64,000 bases of DNA from contig OX597822.1 in NCBI GenBank assembly GCA_951406725.2, positions 36,208,001 to 36,272,000 of the forward strand, given 5' to 3'. A program made the position numbers and the translations under genes. Below the pieces are notes generated by a model. It had not been told where the DNA came from, searched no databases, and saw only the letters and a program-made list of their open reading frames with translations. Below, piece after piece: positions 54,641 to 64,000 of this stretch (the first letter of the stretch is position 1; each line of letters starts with the position of its first letter). This stretch comes from Octopus vulgaris (taxonomy: Eukaryota).

Positions 54641-55729
54641 GCTGTGGTCGATAACAGTGTCGCATAACCGGCCCATTTAAAAGCACCCTTCAGTTGTCGG
54701 GCAATATGCTGTGCTTGAGAAGACTTGTTGAGTTGAGTGAAATCATAGTCATGGCCAATGCCTGTGCCACCTGACTGGCACTCGTGCTGGTGAAACGTAA
54801 AAAGTACTTTTTGAACATTGGGCCTCACGGAGGCAATGACATATGACCGAAACCTTTGGTAATATGGTGTGCTTGAGAAGACCCGTCAAACCAAGTGAAA
54901 ATCATAGTTGTGGTAGATAGTGGTGTCATGCAACTGGCACCCATACCGGTAGCACATAAAAGCACCCATACACTCTCAGAGTGATTGGCATTGGGAAGGG
55001 CATCCAGCCATAGAAACCATGTTTAAAAAAAAAGACGGTAGTCTGGTGCAGCCCCTCAGCTTACCAGCTCTGGTCAAACTGTCCAACCCATGCCAGCACA
55101 GACAACGGACATTAAATGAGGATGATGATGATGATAATAATAATGATGATGATGATATATACATATATAAGGAATTTTTTTATATCTTCTGTTTCAATAT
55201 AATAAATGCATTGATTTTATAAGTTCAAAGCGAAAGGAAGACATGTGGTATGTTTGTAGATGAAATCTTGACCTATTTTAATGTATTTAATCTGTGTAAA
55301 TCAATGTGCAGATTCTGAATCTCCTCTGAATCGATATAATTATACAATTATACTGAAACGAGGACAGTTGTCAAAGAAAATTGAGTGCTAGGTTGTGTGA
55401 CTTTCTGTATCCAGTTTTATGTTTTGTCTTCTTTAGTTCATATTCCTACATAGTTATATAGTTCTTTTGTTTTTTGCCTTTTATCTTTTTTATTTGTATC
55501 TGTCATTGGACTGCAGTTGTGCTGGGGCACTAACGCTAGTATACTCCGCAGGATGTGTAATGTAAGTCTATTGAAAGAAAAGCTAGGCATAAGAGGAATT
55601 AGACGCAATGAGAGACGTTTGCTCTAGTATGGTCATGTACTATGGATGGATGAGGAGAAATGTGTGAAGAAATGCCACTCCCAAACATTTGAAGGTATCC
55701 AGCCCATCCAAAGTACCTTAGATTACAGA

Positions 55730-56148
55730 ATGACCAGCTGTGCTTACCTTGGATTGTAGGGTGACCTGCTGTGCTTGAGGAGACCTTTTGAGTCAAGTAC
55801 ATCAACATCAAAATAAATATCAAATGGAAATTGTAGTTGTGATACCTGTGCCGGTGGCACGTAAAAAGCATCATCCAAACATGGCCAATGCCAGCGCCGC
55901 CTTGACTGATTTCTGTGCTGGTGGCATGTAAAAAGCACCAACCGATCGTGACTGCTGCCAGCCTCCCCTGGCACCTGTACCAGTGGCACGTAAAAAGTGC
56001 CTACTACACTCATGGAGTGGTTGGCGTTAGGAAGGGCATCCAGCTGTAGAAACATTGCTAGATCAGACTGGAGCATGGTGCAGCCTCCTGGCTTCCCAGA
56101 CCCCGGTCGAACCGTCCAACCCATGCTAGCATGGAAAACGGACGTTAA

Positions 56149-56180
<32 letters not shown>
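55730..56180 (+). mobile_element. (GAT)n-tailed RTE-related retroelement with internal ~40-60 bp subrepeats (representative copy)
   Basis: Repeated GTGGCACGTAAAAAGCACC units; GTCCAACCCATGCTAGCATGGAAAACGGACGTTAAATGATGATG tail; other copies at 20636-21004 (-), 29820-30280, 53845-54228, 54640-55157, 58019-58293 (-), 61637-61812 (-), 62800-63195. Confidence 0.8.
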
Positions 56181-56184
<4 letters not shown>

Positions 56185-56782
56185 GTGATGGTGATGGTGA
56201 CGGTGATGATGATGAGCAAGAGAGAAGACTGCACTGGTTTGGCCATGTGATGCAGATGGATGCCAACAGCTCCATAAAAAAGTGCCAATCTCTCAAAGTG
56301 ATTGGAACATGTTGAAGTGGGTGACCCAGGAAGACATGGGACAAAGTACTGAAGGACAACCTCAAGACACTGAACCTTTCAAACGAAATGACAAAGGACT
56401 GAGATACATGATGCCTTCCTGTACTCAAGAAGACCCAAACTCCACAGCAGAAGTGTTAAGGTCACTCATCCTAGTGAAGGGGATTGGCCTAAAAGATTTC
56501 TGTGCTGGTGCCACATAAAAAGCATTCTTTCTGGTGTCACATTAGAAGCAACCAGCACATGCCAGATCATGCTACAAACTTCAGCCACTCCTTCTTAGCA
56601 TTTTACTTCCTCGACCATTGTACTGCTACCCTAGCCTCACACCACCTCCAACTCTGCTTGCACCATCTCCCACACTACTCACACCATCTTGAATTAGTTT
56701 CCCCCTCCTCTTCAACCTTTCTGTGCCACTCACTCCTTTACCTCTTTCCTTTTCTCATTAGCAATTTTATTACCTTGGAAAT

Positions 56783-56823
<41 letters not shown>

Positions 56824-57180
56824 TTCCTGAGTCATATAGACTCACAGGGCTGGTTTCTCTGGTTCCCATGGCACATATATACCTCCCTCCACCATCCTGG
56901 ATTGGTTTCTCTGGTTCCCATGGCACATATATACCTCCCTCCACCATCCTGGATGGGACATCGCTCTGTTGCAGGATTACTCATTTTGCCAGCTTGGACT
57001 GGAGCAATATGAAATGAAGTGTTTGGCTCGAGAACATAACACATCATCCAGTCCAGGAATCAAAACTACAGTCTTACAATCATGAATCCATCACCCTAAC
57101 CACTAAGCCTTGAGCTTCCACATTCTCAAAAAAGGACAAAAGCTTGAAATAGAAAATGGTACCTCTATTTTCTCTCTCTT

Positions 57181-57261
<81 letters not shown>

Positions 57262-57824
57262 TCCTCTCTTAAAAAGACAAGTATTTAAGTTGCTGGATAT
57301 TTTCCATTCCTGCTGAACTTTTTTTATGAATTCTCCTATAGATTAACTTTGTTGTCATAGAACATCACCAGTTTCCAGAGATTCAAGATTTTACCATATT
57401 TACAATAAATAGTTACATTGTCCCTCTATCATATCTTAGCCTTTAGCTTCTCCCTCATTATTCTATGTTCAAATTTTGTGGTAGGTTTGACTCAAGGGAG
57501 TTTTTGTGAATGAAGTTAGCAGAATGGTGACCAAAGCAGCAAAACTCTCTCTCTCTCTCTCTCCCCCTCTCTCTCTCTCTCCCCCTCTCTCTATCTCTCT
57601 ATCTATCTATCCATTTTTTTCATTTTCAGACGAAGGACAAAGACTCCAAATTTCTCATTTTTTACTCCTGAAAGCAATTGAACTGAGTGAGCTCTTCAAT
57701 GTATTAGCTTACCAGTCAATAGGTCAAACATTCATATAATGTCACCAATACTACATACACACACACATGCTATACATGTGCTCTCTGTCTGTCTTTCTAC
57801 AATATCTATCTACATATCTGTCTA

Positions 57825-57896
<72 letters not shown>

Positions 57897-57897
57897 G

Positions 57898-57956
<59 letters not shown>

Positions 57957-58739
57957 CTCTCTATATATATATACATATACATATCTGCAGTCGAAACATA
58001 TGTAGGTCTGATATATATCATCATCATCATCATCATCATTTAGCGTTTGCTTTCCATGCTAGCATGGGTTGGATGGTTCAACTGGGGTCTGGGAAGCCAG
58101 AAGGCTGCACCAGGCCCAGTCTGATCTGGCAATGTTTCTACGGCTGGATGCCCTTCCTAACACCAACCACTCTGTAAGTGTAGTGGGTGCTTTTTACGTG
58201 CCACCGGCACAGGTGCCAGACGGGGCTGGCAAACGGCCACGGTCGAATGGTGCTTTTTACGTGCCACCGGCACGGGGGCCAGGCGAGGCTGGCATATATA
58301 TATATATAAATATATATTGTATTTCAAACCCAAGCTGTTAGATTTAATTTGTTTATCTGTATAATTGCCTCTGTATCTGCTCATCTTATAGCCACTCTTT
58401 ACCCAACAGAATTGGTCTCTCATAAAGACATTGGAGTTTAAGCTCAAATCATTTGAGTGCTGCTAAGTGTTTTCTATACCAAGAATCTCCAGATCTCATC
58501 TGTTGACTCTGTACGTGTGTGTGTGTGTACAACTATTAAATTAGCTATGTCCCTTCTTTTGGAAAGCTAACTTAGCCATTTAACAAACAATGGTTTGATA
58601 AAATAACCACTGGATTGAATGGGTTGACATGATAGACTAATAACCTTTAATGCAATGCTTCATCATAGCCACAGTCCAGCAAGTGGAACCAACAAAAGAG
58701 TAAAAGAACACAAAGGTTTGATTGCTACTGAAACCAATA

Positions 58740-58789
<50 letters not shown>

Positions 58790-58841
58790 TTTTTTTCATA
58801 TTCTTATTTTTAATTTCTTTTTTTTTTTTTTTTACAGAACA

Positions 58842-59183
58842 ATGACAGCCAGAGGACTTCATGAGAGTTGTCAAGGACCTTATCCTGGGTTTGATCTCCA
58901 GCCAAAGAATGCTCGTCCAATGTCAAATTCAAGGGTCCGTCCTGAAGCAGAGGAATATGCAACAATGCATAAGGGATCTTTAAATCTCTTTGAGTCTTCT
59001 TATTTTACAGGGAATAACAGAAATAATAATGTAAAATCCAGATGCCCTTCACAAGCATCCAGAGAAAATTTAGTTTACAGCCAGCAAGGATCTGTAAGTA
59101 AAATTATTCACTGCCAGGCCACCCCTCGTCCTGACACTCCAAACCAAAGCCGAATCAGACCAGAAGCATTGTCAATTGCTGAG
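58842..59183 (+). CDS. First coding exon (114 codons) of an unidentified host gene encoding a protein with ~35-37-aa repeats (SRVRPEA...GS, SRCPSQA...GS, SRIRPEA)
   Basis: Long polypyrimidine tract and TACAG acceptor (exon starts 58838); ACAATGA start context; open frame of non-repetitive sequence; GAG|GTATGT phase-0 donor at 59183/59184. Confidence 0.8.
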
Positions 59184-59591
59184 GTATGTAAACAAAAATG
59201 TATGCATGTGAATGTGTGTGTTTTTTCTTTGAGTTTTGTTTAAGTTCTTCTCAAAAGAGTTCATGCCAGTTGCTAACAAAGTGACAAGAAAGTTCCCAAT
59301 ATTTTAAAATATGTAGTTGAACTGGTATGTTAGTTGAGTTATTTATACATACATCCATCTTACAAATCTTCATTTTGGCACTAATAGATAGGATTTAGAG
59401 AATGCGCATCAGTTTTTTTTTTTTTTTGCTCTTTCTGTAAAAAACATACTATTTCTAGTTTTTATGTAAATTTGTTGGTACATTCCTGAAATGTACCTAG
59501 GTACAAGTGTACCTCATAGGTACAAATGAGGATTTACAGTCAGTGTACAAGAGATTTAAATTCTGCATTAATTCACCTCAAATGTTTTCCT

Positions 59592-59638
<47 letters not shown>

Positions 59639-59653
59639 TTGTGTGTGTGTGTT

Positions 59654-59710
<57 letters not shown>

Positions 59711-60011
59711 ACCAGATTAAGGGCTACTGATGTTCTATGTACAATCTAACAATGGCCTTCTCTCAGCACTTCCATTGTTGAAATGACAAGACAGTGAGAC
59801 ACAATAAATGCTAAATGTGAAATATTAAATGAGAATTTTTGTTTTCTTCTAGGCTAATCCTTACAACTGTATTAAATATAGCTTATTTTTCACCCACCAG
59901 GTTAATCCCCACAATTATTTTAAATACAGCCTTGGTCCCTTTAACATGTACTTATTTTGTCTCGTGTATAGTTGGGACCTCATACATACATACATACATA
60001 CATACATACAT

Positions 60012-60044
<33 letters not shown>

Positions 60045-60135
60045 ACCTGGTGGACCCCTATACTTGGTCTTTCTCTGTCAAATTGTCCAACCCATGTCAG
60101 CATGCAAAAAGGATGTTAAATGATGATAACGATAT

Positions 60136-60166
<31 letters not shown>

Positions 60167-60472
60167 GATAGTAAAAGCAATTAAGATTCAAGTGAGTTCT
60201 GTTGAATTCACATGAATGCGGTACTTAACTTAGATGCACCAGAAATCTATATTTCATGAAATCTCTCCTCATATCTCCAGAAATCAAATCTACTTCATTA
60301 TGGATGGTTTTACATTTTCATTTTCTGTGAAAATAAGAGGTTTTTTAAAATACTTTTTAAAAACCTGTTATATGACTGCAACATTAAAGAACTTTGGAAG
60401 TCCGTTTATTATCTAAATCTGATTTTTATAGAACTATCCCTGATGTTAGATGTTTGGAGAACTCAGATGTTT

Positions 60473-60562
60473 TTTCGACTGATGAGTACGGGTCACCTGT
60501 ATTTGCTGCAATATTTGCAGCCTTAATAAAGCTGGTCTTCGTACGAAACAATTGTACCGAAA
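60473..60562 (+). ncRNA. Type I hammerhead ribozyme with extended stem II
   Basis: TTTCGA-CTGATGA-GTACG...GCTGCAA(TAT)TTGCAGC...CGTAC-GAAA-CAATTGT-A-CCGAAA; palindromic ACAATTGT stem III, GUA triplet; segment lies between (TA)n tracts. Confidence 0.8.
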
Positions 60563-60592
60563 TATTGATCCATTTTTGTTGCTTTTTTCTTG

Positions 60593-60634
<42 letters not shown>

Positions 60635-60950
60635 CAAAAGCTGCAGCATTTTATATTTGCTTTGCATCCTGGAAGGGGTTGGATAGGTTGCTGCTTATTT
60701 GGAGTTGCTACTCTCCCAGCTATGATTAGGGAAACGTATTTATACATACATATATATGTGTGCGTTTTGTATGTGGAGACAGTAATTTAAATAAACATGA
60801 ATAGGCTTGATATATATATAAATATACATATATACATGCTCACATATAGATACACACACACACACATAAAGAGAGAGAGAGAGTTACAAATAACTAAATA
60901 TATTCAAAAGATAAACACATATGTACAAGCATTGAGATATCTATATATAT

Positions 60951-61007
<57 letters not shown>

Positions 61008-61241
61008 AATAAATTTACATTTACATGGACCATAAAAGATACAGAATGCTAAGGAGAGAGTGCATAAACGTTTTATTTAACAGCTGTTTCTGGGAGCTCA
61101 TAATTATATAATAATCGTAATGTTCATAATAAGCAAATGGAATGGGTAAATAGTCATGGATATGCAACCAGTAAATGGTTGCATATCCATGGCATTAAGC
61201 TAAGACTCGTTCCTGTTATCAGGAGAAGAAATTGGCAAATG

Positions 61242-61282
<41 letters not shown>

Positions 61283-61982
61283 CGCGCGCGTGTGCATGTG
61301 TGTGTGTATGTGTTCATGTGTTTTGAACAAAAATGAATACTTTGTGCTATCTGTTCTGCCAGAGTTGTGCAGACATTCACTTGTCATAATTACTAGTGGA
61401 AAATTAATGAAGCAATAATTGGCCCTTTAGAAACCTACAACCAATGAATTTATTGTTCCAAAATAGATAGTATAATTTGGAAAAAATAAATTGCTGTGTG
61501 ATAACCAAGGTAACTTTGTAACCACATGGTAGTGGGTTCAGTCCCACTACATTGCATCTTGGGCAAGTATTTTCTATAGCTCTGGACTGACCATTGCCTT
61601 GTGAGTAAATATAGTAGACAGAAATTGTGGCAGACTATCATCATCATCATCATCATCATCATCATCGTTTAACGTCCGTTTTCCATGTTGGCATGGGTTG
61701 GACGGTTCAACTGGGGTCTGGGAAGCCAGAAGGCTGCACCAGGCTCCAGTCTGATCTGGCAGTGTTTCTACAGCTGGATGCCCTTCCTAACGCCAACCAC
61801 TCCGTGAGTGTAGTTATTATTATTATTATTCATTTTGTTCAACGTGTACAAGTACGTATGTGTTCAATATTGTTTTATTCAATTTTAGAAAAACTGAAAC
61901 ATGTCATAGACAATTCTAGAACATATTGAATTTTGTGCATGACTTTTGGCTCCTCATGTATGTATGTATATGTATGTATATA

Positions 61983-62061
<79 letters not shown>

Positions 62062-64000
62062 GTATGTATTTTGGCCTGCTGACTTAGTCAGTAGGGTGGC
62101 CTCGTTAGAAAGCTAAAACGATGCAAAGTACATTGTGACTAGCGATGTATAACAGCATTCAACAGTCTGCTCAATCACATGATCATGTGATATATATATG
62201 TGTATGGGACACTGCCTTTGTGTGTGTGTGTGGTGGGAGGAAGAAGAAGCATCCGTTTAGGTGTATATATGCAAGGTTGTTTGGGGAACAAGAATGAAAA
62301 CGTGTTTGCATGATTAAATGTATCCTTGTGTTTGTGTTTTTTGCATTTGTCCCCACCAACACTTGCTAACCAGTGTTGGTTTGCTTTTTGTCCCTATAAC
62401 TTAGTGGTTTGGCAAAAGCATCTGGTAGACTAAGTTCCAGATTTTAAAATAGGTACTGGAGTTGATTTTTTTCAACTAAACCCTTCAAGGTGGTGCTCCA
62501 GCATGATCGCAGTCCAATGCCTGCAAAGCAAGTGAAAAATAAAATGTAAATAAATGGATATAAAACAGTTGAAGGAATCCGGGGTAGAGGTAGACCCAGG
62601 AAGACATGGGATGAGGTGGTCAAGCATGACCTTCGAACGTTGGGCCTCACAGAGGCAATGATGAAAGACTGAGACCTCTGGAGATATGCTGTGACTGCAA
62701 AAACCCAACAAATAAAGTGAGTTCACCACGTATCCTACACCAGCTTCACATAACCAGCCCCAGCCCATTCAAAGTACCTTGGATCATAGGATGACCTGCT
62801 GTGCTTACCTTTGAGTCAAGTACATCAACATCAAAATAAAAATCAAATGGAAATTGTAGTTGTGATACCAGTGCCAGTGGCACGTAAAAAGCACCATCCG
62901 AACTTGGTCAATGCCAGCACAGCCTTGACTGGCGTCCGTGTCCATGTCACGTAAAAAGTACCAACTGATCATGGCCATTGCCAGCCTCCTCTGGTCCCTG
63001 TGCTGGTGGCAGGTAAAAAGCACCCACTACACTCATGGAGTGGTTGGCATTAGGAAGGGTATCCAGCTGTAGAAACACTGCCAGATCAGACTGGAGCCTG
63101 GTGCAGCCTCCTGGCTTCCCAGACCCCGCTTGAACCGTCCAAGCCTTGCTAGCATGGAAAACGGACGTTAGACGATGATGATGATGATGATGATGAAACA
63201 AGTGAGATAACTCACCTTTCAGAGTCATGTTCACACTGGCACAAATCTATTAGCTTTTTATATTAGCAGTTTAGGGAGAATTGAAAAGGGGACCTTATGT
63301 TTTACCATACTTGAAGGCACATAAGATACATACAGACATGGTCCTATAAGCAAAGTTGCTTTAAGTTTTTAAATGTTAATGTACTATTATTACCTCTTAT
63401 CATTTCATCATCATCCTTTAACATCCACCTTCCATGCTAGCTTGGGTAGGATGGTTTCACAAGAGCTGGCTAGTAGAAGTCTACACCAAACTTCTGTGAC
63501 TGTTTTGGCAGGATTTCCACAGCAACTACTCAACAGAGTTGACTTGGTGCTTTTTACATGGCACAAGCACAGGTGAGGTCAGTCTTGGCAAGATTTTTAC
63601 AGCTGGATGCCCTTCTGAACACCAACCACTTTACAGTGTGGACTGGGTGCTTTTAAGTGGCACCTGCACTGACAGGGACACCAAGTACTTGTAAGACAAA
63701 AAAGAAAACTCTCATGAGGGGAGGGGGCATTGGAAGAGGTGATCTTTAGTCTGTGGCCATACTGGGGCACCACATCGAAGAATTTTTAATTGAATGAATC
63801 AACCCTAGTACTTAAGTTTTTAAAGCCTGGTACTTCTATCTGTCCCTTTTGCTTACCTGCTAAGTTATAGGGATGTAAACAAACCAACACCATTTGTCAA
63901 GTGGTGATGTGAGACAAACACAGACACAAAGACACACATACATAGATATATGTGATAGGCTTCTTTCAGTTTCCATCCACCAGATCCACTCACAAGGCTT

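Overview
AT-rich, microsatellite- and SINE-dense eukaryotic genomic DNA, most consistent with an octopus (coleoid cephalopod) genome; the species call is inferred from repeat content. Nearly all ORFs in the supplied track are microsatellite or SINE artefacts. Supported content: (1) a complete, young but inactivated 4.2 kb Ty3/Gypsy LTR retrotransposon (44317-48516, minus strand, 5-bp TSD TATTC) inserted into a SINE; (2) Tc1 and mariner relics, Merlin, hAT and piggyBac-type MITEs, CR1/L2 and RTE LINE 3' ends, and several tRNA-derived SINE families; (3) a repeat-poor, CpG-richer putative bidirectional promoter (about 26.0-27.1 kb) with RFX X-box-like motifs, probably driving a plus-strand gene whose first coding exon (58842-59183) encodes an unrecognised repeat protein, and possibly a spliced minus-strand transcript; (4) several type I hammerhead ribozymes of Penelope-like/retrozyme type. 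The most notable observation is that the Gypsy element lacks a canonical TGG primer-binding site. Instead the 12 nt abutting its 5' LTR are exactly complementary to nt 1-12 (the 5' end) of metazoan tRNA-Phe, suggesting priming by a short 5' tRNA fragment. The element also has a clear -1 frameshift heptamer plus H-type pseudoknot, and a nearby hammerhead carries a compensatory U3-A8 core.
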